Positions 1 to 8,381 of a stretch of 64,000 bases of DNA are shown piece after piece. The first letter of the stretch is position 1, and each line of letters starts with the position of its first letter. The DNA is taken from NCBI GenBank assembly GCA_049513575.1, contig JBEKVZ010000002.1, forward strand, positions 462,186-526,185, written 5' to 3'. This stretch comes from Gemmatimonadales bacterium. GTDB lineage: Bacteria > Gemmatimonadota > Gemmatimonadetes > Gemmatimonadales > JACORV01. The notes beneath the pieces are model-generated. The model searched no databases, was not told the DNA's origin, and saw nothing but the letters and a program-made list of their open reading frames with translations. The translations under genes and the position numbers were made by a program.

Positions 1-342
1 AGCGCGTTCAAGCGGCCCTCCGAGGTGAAGCTCAACGAGGAAGAGTGCCTCCTCGCCCAGGGGGTGCTCTGCCTGGGAGCCGCCACCCGTGGCGGGTGCG
101 AGGCGCCCTGCATCAAGGGGAACATGCCGTGCACCGGCTGCTTCGGGCCCACCAGCCGGGTGAAGGACCAGGGCGCGAAGGCGTTGTCGGCGATCGCATC
201 CATGGTGGAGAGCAACGACGGCGCCGAGATCGAGCGTATCCTGAGCTCCATCCCCGACCCCGTCGGCACGTTGTACCGCTACTCGCTGCCAGCCTCGCTG
301 TTGCGCCGCAGGCGTCCGGCGCCTGTCGCGACCAAGGGGTGA
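1..342 (+). CDS. mvhG: [NiFe]-hydrogenase small subunit, MvhG/VhuG-like (3' part; begins before window)
   Basis: Frame open from base 1; CLLAQGVLCLGAATRGGCEAPCIKGNMPCTGCFGP is the C-terminal Fe-S Cys pattern of group 3 small subunits; large subunit and hyp genes lie downstream. Confidence 0.85.
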   Translation, partial: SAFKRPSEVKLNEEECLLAQGVLCLGAATRGGCEAPCIKGNMPCTGCFGPTSRVKDQGAKALSAIASMVESNDGAEIERILSSIPDPVGTLYRYSLPASLLRRRRPAPVATKG

Positions 343-346
343 GGAC

Positions 347-2233
347 GTGCTGAAGTCGATCGCGCTCCGGCTGATGTCGAGCTTCCTGGTGATCATCGTG
401 ATCATCAGCGCGATCTTCAGCTATGTGGGGATCCGTTTCATCGAGAACCGGGTCGTCACCGAAGCGCAGAACCGGGTCGCGGAGTCGCTGATGGCGGCCG
501 GGGAGATCTACGGGAGCGAGCTGCACGGCGTCCAGCAAGTGACGCGCCTCACGGCCGACCGGATCTTTCTCAAGGACGCGCTCAGGAGCGGCCGCGCCGG
601 GCAGGCCGCCGCCGTGCTGGGCGCCGTGCTGCGGCAGGAGCACCTCGACATCCTGGTGGTGACGGACGCGGCGGGGCGGGTGGTCTGGCGCCCGGCGAAT
701 CCGTCGCGGGTGGGGGATGCGCGGGGCGCCGATCCGCTGCTCAAGAGCGTGCTGACCCGTCGCGAGTCTGTGGCCGCGACGCAGCTCCTCTCCATCGGCG
801 ACCTGCGCCGGGAGTGCCCCGGCCTCGCGGTGCACGAGTTCGGCCCGGACTCGGCGGCGATGATGCTCGCTGCGGCCGCGCCGATCGTGGACGCGGGCCG
901 GCTGCTCGGCGCGGTCTACGGCGCCGTGCTGCTCAACGGCCGCTCCGAGCTGGTGGACAGGATCAAGCACGGCGTGTTCGAGGACGCCCAGTACCAGGGC
1001 CGGCCGGTCGGGGCCGCCACGCTGTTCCTGCACGACCTCCGGATCGCGACCAACGTCCTCAACCCTGAAGGCTCCCGTGCTCTCGGCACGCGCGCCGAGC
1101 CGGACGTGTACCGGGCGGTGGTCCTGGAGGACCGCCGTTGGGTCGCCGGGACCCTCGCGGGCGGCGAGCGCTACATCGCCGCCTACCGTCCGCTCAGGAG
1201 CGTCACGGGCGCGAACGTCGGGATGCTGGGCGTGGGACTCCTCGAGGCCCCATACCTCGATCTCAGGCGGCGCTCGACGCTCGTGTTCCTCGCGATCACG
1301 CTGACCGGCGCTGTGCTCACGATCGGCCTCTCGTACGGCCTGTCGCAGTGGCTGTCAGTACCGCTGCGCGATCTGGTGGCGGCCTCGCACCGCCTGGCAC
1401 ACGGCGACCTGAGCGCGAAGGTCCCGACGCCGGCGGTGACGGAGATCGCCGAGCTCGCCGAGAGCTTCAACGTCATGGCGGACGCGCTGCGGGCCCGTGA
1501 CGAGAAGCTCCGCGACTTCACCCGCCGCAAGATCATGGAATCGGAGCGGCTGGCGGTGATCGGGCAGCTCGCGGCCGGCGTCGCGCACGAGCTGAACAAC
1601 CCGCTGCAGGGCATCGTCGCGTACTCGCACCTCCTGCGCGAGAAGCAGGCCGGGGGTGGCGGGAACGGCACGGACGGCTGGGTGGAGAAGATCGTCACGC
1701 AGGCGGACCGCTGCTCCTCGATCGTCCGGGGCCTGCTCGATTTCGCGCGCCCCCGCACGCCGGTGATGAAGCCCACCGCGATCAACGCGCTGGTCAGCGG
1801 CTGCATCGCGCTGGTGGAGGACCAGGCGCTCTTCCACAACATCACGGTCGAGCGGCACTTCGGTGCGGACGTGCCGGAGGTTGTGGCGGATCCGTCGCTG
1901 ATGCAGCAGGTCTTCATGAACCTGATCATCAACGCGGCGGAGGCGATGCCGGACGGCGGGCGGCTCGTGGTGACCACGCGCCGCGATGCCGCGGAAGGCA
2001 TGGTCGAAGTGGAGTTCGCGGACACCGGCCACGGCATCGCCGAGGCGGACCTCGAGCGCATCTTCGACCCGTTCTTCACGACGAAGGCGGTCGGGCACGG
2101 CACCGGGCTCGGCCTGGCGATCAGCTTCGGGATCGTCAAGGAGCACCGCGGCACCATTTCGGTCGAGAGCGAGGTGGGGAAGGGGACGACGTTCGACGTC
2201 CGCCTCCCCCTGCGCGACCGGACGGAGGGTTAG
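347..2233 (+). CDS. Membrane sensor histidine kinase (TM-Cache-like-TM-HAMP-HisKA-HATPase)
   Basis: Two hydrophobic helices; H-box VAHELNNPL; N-box NLIINA; DTGHGI, FDPFFTTK, GTGLGL. Confidence 0.92.
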   Translation: MLKSIALRLMSSFLVIIVIISAIFSYVGIRFIENRVVTEAQNRVAESLMAAGEIYGSELHGVQQVTRLTADRIFLKDALRSGRAGQAAAVLGAVLRQEHLDILVVTDAAGRVVWRPANPSRVGDARGADPLLKSVLTRRESVAATQLLSIGDLRRECPGLAVHEFGPDSAAMMLAAAAPIVDAGRLLGAVYGAVLLNGRSELVDRIKHGVFEDAQYQGRPVGAATLFLHDLRIATNVLNPEGSRALGTRAEPDVYRAVVLEDRRWVAGTLAGGERYIAAYRPLRSVTGANVGMLGVGLLEAPYLDLRRRSTLVFLAITLTGAVLTIGLSYGLSQWLSVPLRDLVAASHRLAHGDLSAKVPTPAVTEIAELAESFNVMADALRARDEKLRDFTRRKIMESERLAVIGQLAAGVAHELNNPLQGIVAYSHLLREKQAGGGGNGTDGWVEKIVTQADRCSSIVRGLLDFARPRTPVMKPTAINALVSGCIALVEDQALFHNITVERHFGADVPEVVADPSLMQQVFMNLIINAAEAMPDGGRLVVTTRRDAAEGMVEVEFADTGHGIAEADLERIFDPFFTTKAVGHGTGLGLAISFGIVKEHRGTISVESEVGKGTTFDVRLPLRDRTEG

Positions 2234-2238
2234 GAACG

Positions 2239-3399
2239 GTGGAGGGGAACGCGCGGATTCTGGTCGTCGACGACGAGGAGATCGTGCTCGACTCCTGCAC
2301 CGAGATCCTGCGGGGCGAGGGGTACCAGCTCGCGACCGCCGCGGACGGGGAGCGCGGGCTGGCGCTCGTGAAGGAGTTCCGTCCGGACATCGTGGTGGTG
2401 GACCTCAAGATGCCGGGGCTCTCCGGGTTCGACGTCCTCGCACGGCTCAAGGAGTCCGACCCCACGATCGTCACCATCGTCATCACGGGGTACGCCACGG
2501 TGAGCTCGGCGGTGGAGGCGATGAAGCACGGGGCGTACGACTTCCTCCCGAAGCCGTTCACGCCGGAGGAGTTCCGGCTGATCATCCGGCGCGCCGTGGA
2601 GAAGCGTTCCCTGACCTTCGAGGCCATGGCCTTGCGCCGCGAGCGCGACCTGCTGCGGGAGCACTTCGCGGCGATCGTCTCCCACGAGCTCAAGGCGCCG
2701 CTGGCGGCCATCCAGCAGAACATCTTCGTGCTCGAGCGCCAGCTGGCTGCGGCCGCGACGCCGGACCAGCGCGAGCGGCTGGCGCGGGTGAAGGCCCGGA
2801 TGGCGGACTTGATCCAGATGGTGGACACCTGGCGGCATGGCGTGTCGATCGACATGGACGCCATCAAGGCGCGCCAGGTCCCCGTCTCGGTGCGGGTCCC
2901 GATCGACAAGGCGGTGGAGAGCGCGCTGGTCTACGCCACGCGCAAGGCGGTCACCATCGAGGTGACGGTGCCGGAGCCGGCGCCCCGGGTGCTGGGCGAC
3001 CAGGGGACGCTGACCGAGGCGGTGGTCAACATCCTCGGCAACGCCGTCAAGTTCTCGCGCGACGGCGGCCGGATCGAGGTGACCGCCGACGTGCGGGACG
3101 ATGACGTCCGCATCGCGGTCACCGATCACGGCGTGGGCATCGCGCCGGAGGAGCTGCCGCACCTGTTCGAAGCGTTCTACACCCAGCCCGGTGTCGGCGG
3201 CGAGCGCGGCTCGGGCCTCGGCCTGGCCGTGAGTCGGCGGATCGTCGAGGCGCACGGCGGGGGCATCACGGTACAGAGCACGCCGGGCCAGGGGAGCACG
3301 TTCGTGATCACGCTGCCCGCGCTCGGCGACGATGCACCCGGCGGGGAACGCCGGGAGGCTGAACCTCTGGCAGCATCTGCAAAGGACGGTCCCAGATGA
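2239..3399 (+). CDS. Hybrid REC-histidine kinase (receiver + HisKA + HATPase), cytoplasmic
   Basis: N-terminal ILVVDDE..VVVDLKMP..ITG..LPKPF; H-box VSHELKAPL; NILGNAVKF, DHGVGI, GSGLGL. Confidence 0.9.
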   Translation: MEGNARILVVDDEEIVLDSCTEILRGEGYQLATAADGERGLALVKEFRPDIVVVDLKMPGLSGFDVLARLKESDPTIVTIVITGYATVSSAVEAMKHGAYDFLPKPFTPEEFRLIIRRAVEKRSLTFEAMALRRERDLLREHFAAIVSHELKAPLAAIQQNIFVLERQLAAAATPDQRERLARVKARMADLIQMVDTWRHGVSIDMDAIKARQVPVSVRVPIDKAVESALVYATRKAVTIEVTVPEPAPRVLGDQGTLTEAVVNILGNAVKFSRDGGRIEVTADVRDDDVRIAVTDHGVGIAPEELPHLFEAFYTQPGVGGERGSGLGLAVSRRIVEAHGGGITVQSTPGQGSTFVITLPALGDDAPGGERREAEPLAASAKDGPR

Positions 3400-3818
3400 G
3401 CGAGCGCAAGCGGTTGATGATCATCGACGACGACCCCGATTTCGTCTCGGGGATCCGCGCCATTCTGGACGGCGCCGGCTACGACACCGAGGTCGCCTAC
3501 AACCCGAAGGATGGGTTCGCGGCGCTGAAGGCGCGGTCCCACGACCTGCTCCTCCTCGACATCATGATGGGGCGGGGCGCCGAGGGCGTCATGATGGCGC
3601 GCAAGCTCCGCAAGGACCCGGCGCTCAAGGATCTCCCGATCCTGATCATCACGGGGATCCGCGAGCAGATCGCGTTCATGTTCCCGGGCCAGGCGGTGCA
3701 CCCGAACTTCGTGGCGCTCAACGAGCTGATCGAAAAGCCCGTGGAGCCGGACCTCCTGCTGGAACGGGTGAAGGCGCTGCTCAAGGCGGCCGAGTCGCGC
3801 GGCCAGCCGGTGTCCTGA
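3396..3818 (+). CDS. Single-domain response regulator (REC)
   Basis: IIDDDPD, LLLLDIMM, IITG, IEKPV; ATGA overlap with upstream gene. Confidence 0.9.
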   Translation: MSERKRLMIIDDDPDFVSGIRAILDGAGYDTEVAYNPKDGFAALKARSHDLLLLDIMMGRGAEGVMMARKLRKDPALKDLPILIITGIREQIAFMFPGQAVHPNFVALNELIEKPVEPDLLLERVKALLKAAESRGQPVS

Positions 3819-3840
3819 CGACTGAGGAGGGGGAGGGCGT

Positions 3841-4404
3841 ATGTGGACGAAGCCCTCGTTCGCGGACGAGATCTCGAACGAGATGTACGCGACGGGCACG
3901 CGCGGCCTGAACTGCTGCATTCAGTGCGCGACCTGCTCGTCGGCCTGCCCGGCGGTCGAGTTCATGGATCACACGCCGCGCCGGCTCATCGGCATGATCA
4001 ACGCCGGCCTGCGGGACGACGTGCTGGCGAGCAACACGTTCTGGGTGTGCGCCTCCTGCTACGCCTGCTCGGGGGTCTGCCCGAAGGGGATCAAGCCGTC
4101 GGAGCTGATGTACGTGCTGAAGCGGTACTCGATCTGGAAGAACAAGTACCGCGATGACCTCGTGGGGCCGGAGTTCTCGCGGCGCTTCGTGAAGACCATC
4201 ATGCGCACGGGGAAGTCGTACGAGCCCGGGTACGCCCCGGCGTTCATCTTCGAGGGCGGCGTCCAGGGCATGCTGCGCGAGATGCAGTTCGGCATGAAGC
4301 TCATGGCCAAGGGCCGCATGCCGCTCATGCCGTCCCGCGTGAAGCGGGTGGACAACTTCCGGGCGATGCTGAGCCGGATCGTGCCACTGGAAGGCATCGA
4401 ATGA
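3841..4404 (+). CDS. hdrC: Heterodisulfide reductase subunit C-like 2x[4Fe-4S] protein
   Basis: CIQCATCSSACP and CASCYACSGVCP ferredoxin motifs; directly upstream of hdrB; SD GAGGAGG. Confidence 0.88.
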   Translation: MWTKPSFADEISNEMYATGTRGLNCCIQCATCSSACPAVEFMDHTPRRLIGMINAGLRDDVLASNTFWVCASCYACSGVCPKGIKPSELMYVLKRYSIWKNKYRDDLVGPEFSRRFVKTIMRTGKSYEPGYAPAFIFEGGVQGMLREMQFGMKLMAKGRMPLMPSRVKRVDNFRAMLSRIVPLEGIE

Positions 4405-5324
4405 AACGGTACGCGTACTTCCCCGGGTGCTCCGCGGAAACCGTGTCCGCGAGCTACCACCTCTCGACCATCGAGACGGGGGCCAAGCTCGGCGTGCAGT
4501 TCGAGGAGATCGAGGACTGGAACTGCTGCGGGGCCACGCCCTACACCAACATCGACGAGCTGCTGGCGCACACGCTGTGCGCCCGCAACCTCGCCATCGC
4601 CGAGCGGACCGGCCTCGACGTGGTGGCCCCGTGCAACGCGTGCTTCAAGAACCTCTACCACGCGAACCAGGACCTCAAGACGGATGCGGACCTCGCGGAG
4701 CACATGAACTTCGCGCTGGAGGCCGACGGCCTGCGGTACGGCGGGACCATCGGGGTCCACCATCTCATCCACGTGTTCGTGCGGGACGTGGGCCTCGATG
4801 CGATCAAGCAGAAGGTGACGCGCCCCCTCAAGGGCCTGAAGGTGGCGGCGTACTACGGTTGCCAGCTGGTGCGGCCCGACCGGCACGACGGCTTCGATCC
4901 GGCGGGTCCGCGGTACTTCGAGGATCTGATCGCGGTCCTCGGGGCGAAGCCGGTGGAGTTCGCGCACCGGCTCCGGTGCTGCGGCGCCTCCCTGATGATC
5001 GGGCACCGGCGCGCGGCCCTGGCCATGGTGCGCGAGCTGCTGCGCGGCGCCGCGCAGGCCCAGGCGGACGTGATCGCCACGGCCTGCCCGCTGTGCCAGC
5101 TGAACCTGGAGTGCTACCAGAAGGACGTGAACCGCGAGTTCGGGACCGCCTACGAGATCCCCGTACTCTACTTCACGCAGCTGATGGGATTGGCGATGGG
5201 GATCAGCGCGAAGAAGCTGGGCATCGGCACCGAGATGATATCGCCGAAGGCGGTGCTGGAGTGTGTGGCGCGCAAGCCGGCCGCAGCCGCGCCGGCCCAC
5301 AACGTGAAGGTGGGACAACCATGA
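4401..5324 (+). CDS. hdrB: Heterodisulfide reductase subunit B-like (two CCG domains)
   Basis: YAYFPGC, WNCCGA, PCNAC, YYGCQLVRP, RCCGA, TACPLCQ motifs. Confidence 0.92.
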   Translation: MKRYAYFPGCSAETVSASYHLSTIETGAKLGVQFEEIEDWNCCGATPYTNIDELLAHTLCARNLAIAERTGLDVVAPCNACFKNLYHANQDLKTDADLAEHMNFALEADGLRYGGTIGVHHLIHVFVRDVGLDAIKQKVTRPLKGLKVAAYYGCQLVRPDRHDGFDPAGPRYFEDLIAVLGAKPVEFAHRLRCCGASLMIGHRRAALAMVRELLRGAAQAQADVIATACPLCQLNLECYQKDVNREFGTAYEIPVLYFTQLMGLAMGISAKKLGIGTEMISPKAVLECVARKPAAAAPAHNVKVGQP

Positions 5325-6814
5325 CGCAGCCGACGACACCGGCCGCCCCGGCGGGGCGCCGGATCAGCATCGATCCGATTACCCGCCTCGAAGGTCACGG
5401 CAAGATCGAGATCTTCCTCGACGCGAAGGGCGGCGTCAGCCGCGCCTTCATGCAGGTCCCGGAGCTGCGCGGGTTCGAGAAGTTCGCGCAGGGGCGTCTG
5501 GCGGAGGACATGCCCCAGATCACGTCGCGCATCTGCGGCGTGTGCCCGACCGCGCACCACATGGCGGCGACCAAGGCCCTCGACGACCTGTACAAGGTCG
5601 AGCCGCCCCCTGCGGGGAAGGCGATCCGCGAGCTGGTCTACAACGCCTTCATGGCCGAAGACCACGCGCTGCACTTCTACTTCCTGGGCGGGCCGGACTT
5701 CGTCGTCGGCCCCATGGCGCCCGCGGCCGAGCGCAACATCCTGGGCGTCATCGCCAAGGTCGGCGTGGAGACGGGCAAGACGGTCATCGCGATGCGGCGG
5801 CGGCTGCGCGAGCTGATCGCGCTGGTCGGCGGCAAGGTCATCCATCCGGTGCTGGGCCTCCCCGGCGGCGTCGCCAAGCCGATCAAGCCCGAGGAGCAGA
5901 AGCAGTTCCAGGCTCTCGCCGCCGACGCGGTCGGCTTCGCCCAGTTCACGCTCAAGGTGTTCGAGGACGTGGTCCTCAAGAACGCCGAGTACGTGAAGCT
6001 CATCACATCCGACACCTTCACGCACCGGACCCACTACATGGGGATGGTGGACGAGAAGGACCGGCCCAACTTCTACGACGGGAAGCTTAAGGTCGTCTCG
6101 CCCGAGGGCAAAGAGATCGCGAAGTTCGCGGCGCAGCAGTACCTCGAGTACATCGCCGAGCACGTGGAGCCGTGGAGCTACATGAAGTTCTGCTACCTCA
6201 AGCCGGTGGGGTGGAACGGCTTCACGGAAGGTGCGGAGAGCGGGATCTACGCGGTGGCGCCGCTGGCGCGGCTCAACGTCGCTTCGGGGATGGCGACGCC
6301 GCTGGCGCAGCAGGCCTACGAGAAGATGTACCAGGTCCTGGGCGGCAAGCCGGTGCACCACACCCTCGGCAATCACTGGGCGCGGGTCATCGAGCTGCTG
6401 TACGCCACGGAGCGGTTGCAGGAGATCGCCGCCGACCCAGTGCTGGTGGACTCCAACGTCCGCACGCTGCCCACGGCCACGCCGCAGGAAGGCATCGGGG
6501 TCGTGGAGGCGCCGCGCGGGACGCTCATCCACCACTACACGACCGACGAGCGGGGCGTGATCAAGACGGCCAACCTCATCGTCGCGACGCAAGGCAACGC
6601 GGCGCGCATGGCGATGGGGGTGGAGAAGGCAGCTAGGGGACTGATCTCCGGCAAGGAGGTCTCCGACGGCCTGCTCAACATGGTCGAGATGGCCTTCCGC
6701 GCCTACGACCCCTGCATGGGGTGCGCGACGCACAGCCTCCTCGGCGAGATGCCGCTCGAGGTCGCCATTCGCGACGCGGATGGGCAGCTGATCCGCGTCG
6801 TGCGCCGACCCTAG
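5321..6814 (+). CDS. mvhA: [NiFe]-hydrogenase large subunit, group 3c (MvhA/VhuA-like)
   Basis: IDPITRLEGHG; L1 RICGVCPTAH; L2 RAYDPCMGCATH followed by a cleavable C-terminal extension; start ATG at 5321 overlaps hdrB stop. Confidence 0.93.
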   Translation: MTQPTTPAAPAGRRISIDPITRLEGHGKIEIFLDAKGGVSRAFMQVPELRGFEKFAQGRLAEDMPQITSRICGVCPTAHHMAATKALDDLYKVEPPPAGKAIRELVYNAFMAEDHALHFYFLGGPDFVVGPMAPAAERNILGVIAKVGVETGKTVIAMRRRLRELIALVGGKVIHPVLGLPGGVAKPIKPEEQKQFQALAADAVGFAQFTLKVFEDVVLKNAEYVKLITSDTFTHRTHYMGMVDEKDRPNFYDGKLKVVSPEGKEIAKFAAQQYLEYIAEHVEPWSYMKFCYLKPVGWNGFTEGAESGIYAVAPLARLNVASGMATPLAQQAYEKMYQVLGGKPVHHTLGNHWARVIELLYATERLQEIAADPVLVDSNVRTLPTATPQEGIGVVEAPRGTLIHHYTTDERGVIKTANLIVATQGNAARMAMGVEKAARGLISGKEVSDGLLNMVEMAFRAYDPCMGCATHSLLGEMPLEVAIRDADGQLIRVVRRP

Positions 6815-6824
6815 CGGGAAGGCG

Positions 6825-7358
6825 TTGGAAGGAGGCGCACGCGTGATGGGGCCGCCCCAGCGGATCGTCGTCGTCGGACTGGGGAATCCGCTCCTCACCG
6901 ATGACGCCGTCGGACTCCGCGCTGCCGCGCTGCTGGCCGAGCGGCTGGCCCAGGCGCCGGTGGACGTGCTCCAGAGCTCCTGGGGCGGGCTGCGCTTCAT
7001 CGACCTCCTCGCCGGGTACGAGCGCGCCATCATCGTGGACGCCATCGAATGGCGGCGCGGCCCGCCGGGGACCGTCTACCGGCTCACTCCCGACGCGGCC
7101 ATCCCGACCCTGCGGGCTGTTTCCTACCACGACGTGAGCCTCGGCACCGCCCTGGCGCTGGGGCGCTCGCTCGACATTCCGCTCCCGGTTGAGACCGTGT
7201 TTTTCGCCGTCGAGGCCCAGGACACGCACACGTTCGGGGAGGCGCTGACGCCCGCGGTCGAGGCGGCGCTCCCGGAGGTGGTACGGCGCGTGGAGGCACA
7301 GCTTATGCAATGGAACCTCCAGTGGGGGGATTCATGCACGAAGCCAGCATTGCGCTGA
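6825..7358 (+). CDS. Hydrogenase maturation protease (peptidase A31); start may be 6843/6846
   Basis: VVGLGNPLLTDDAVG, IVDA, SYHD motifs; follows large subunit. Confidence 0.88.
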   Translation: MEGGARVMGPPQRIVVVGLGNPLLTDDAVGLRAAALLAERLAQAPVDVLQSSWGGLRFIDLLAGYERAIIVDAIEWRRGPPGTVYRLTPDAAIPTLRAVSYHDVSLGTALALGRSLDIPLPVETVFFAVEAQDTHTFGEALTPAVEAALPEVVRRVEAQLMQWNLQWGDSCTKPALR

Positions 7359-7702
7359 ACCTGATCGAGGCGGTCGAGCAGCGTCTGGAGTCGCAGCCGG
7401 GGCATGTCACGGCGATCCACGTGCGCGTGGGAGAGCTGGCGGGCGTCTCCACCGAGGCGCTCGACTTCGCCTTCCAGTGCCTGTCCGCCGGCACGCCGCT
7501 GGCGAGCGCACGGCTCGTCTTCGAGGTGATCCCGCTGACGATGACGTGCGACGCCTGCGGCCGGACGAGCGGGGTCGAGGACCTGGTGTTTCGCTGCCCG
7601 GCGTGCGGCTCGGAGAACACGCGCATCTCCACGGGGCGCGAGCTCGAGGTGCGCACGCTGGAGCTCGCCGAGGAACCCGAGGTGGCCCATGCATCAAATT
7701 GA
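7334..7702 (+). CDS. hypA: Hydrogenase nickel incorporation protein HypA
   Basis: MHEASIA N-terminus; CDAC and CPAC zinc-binding motifs. Confidence 0.93.
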   Translation: MHEASIALNLIEAVEQRLESQPGHVTAIHVRVGELAGVSTEALDFAFQCLSAGTPLASARLVFEVIPLTMTCDACGRTSGVEDLVFRCPACGSENTRISTGRELEVRTLELAEEPEVAHASN

Positions 7703-8381
7703 CGTCAAGGCGGGGCTGCTCGAGCCCAACGACGCCATCGCCCGGGAGAACCGGGAGTTTCTCGCGGCGCACGGGATCTACGCCGTGGACATCATGAGCG
7801 CGCCTGGCTCGGGGAAGACGTCCCTGCTCGAGTGGATGATTCCCATCTTCGCGGAGCGCTACCGCCTTGCGGTGGTCGAGGGCGACATCGTCGGCAACGC
7901 GGACAAGGAGCGCCTCGACGGGTTCGGCGTGCCGGTCCACCAGATCAACACGGGCGCGGCGTGCCATCTCGACGCGCACATGGTGCATCCGACCCTGCAC
8001 CACGTGGCCGAGGAAGGGGCCGAGGTTCTGTTGATCGAGAACGTCGGCAACCTGGTGTGCCCCGCCGAGTTCGACCTCGGCGAGGACGACGTGATCATGC
8101 TGCTGTCGGTCACCGAGGGACACGACAAGCCGAAGAAGTACCCGCTGATGTTCCGGCGGGCGGGCCTGGTGGCGATCAACAAGCTGGATCTGCTGGACCG
8201 CACCAACTTCGACCTCCCGGGCGCGATCGCCGCGGCGCGCGACGTCCATCCCGGGGTGGCGGTGCTGACGACGTCGTGCCGCACCGGCGAGGGCATCGAC
8301 GACGTGGTCGCGTGGCTGGAGTGGCGCATCGCGGCAAAGCGGGCGGCGATGCAGCACCTGCAGGTGGGCGCCTCGCCGTGA
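7689..8381 (+). CDS. hypB: Hydrogenase nickel incorporation GTPase HypB
   Basis: SAPGSGKTS, CHLDAHM, IENVGNLVCPA, INKLD. Confidence 0.95.
   Translation: MHQIDVKAGLLEPNDAIARENREFLAAHGIYAVDIMSAPGSGKTSLLEWMIPIFAERYRLAVVEGDIVGNADKERLDGFGVPVHQINTGAACHLDAHMVHPTLHHVAEEGAEVLLIENVGNLVCPAEFDLGEDDVIMLLSVTEGHDKPKKYPLMFRRAGLVAINKLDLLDRTNFDLPGAIAAARDVHPGVAVLTTSCRTGEGIDDVVAWLEWRIAAKRAAMQHLQVGASP

Noticed and set aside
6703-6733. Possible selenocysteine [NiFeSe] site in the large subunit
   Set aside because: L2 motif uses TGC codons (DPCMGC); no in-frame TGA
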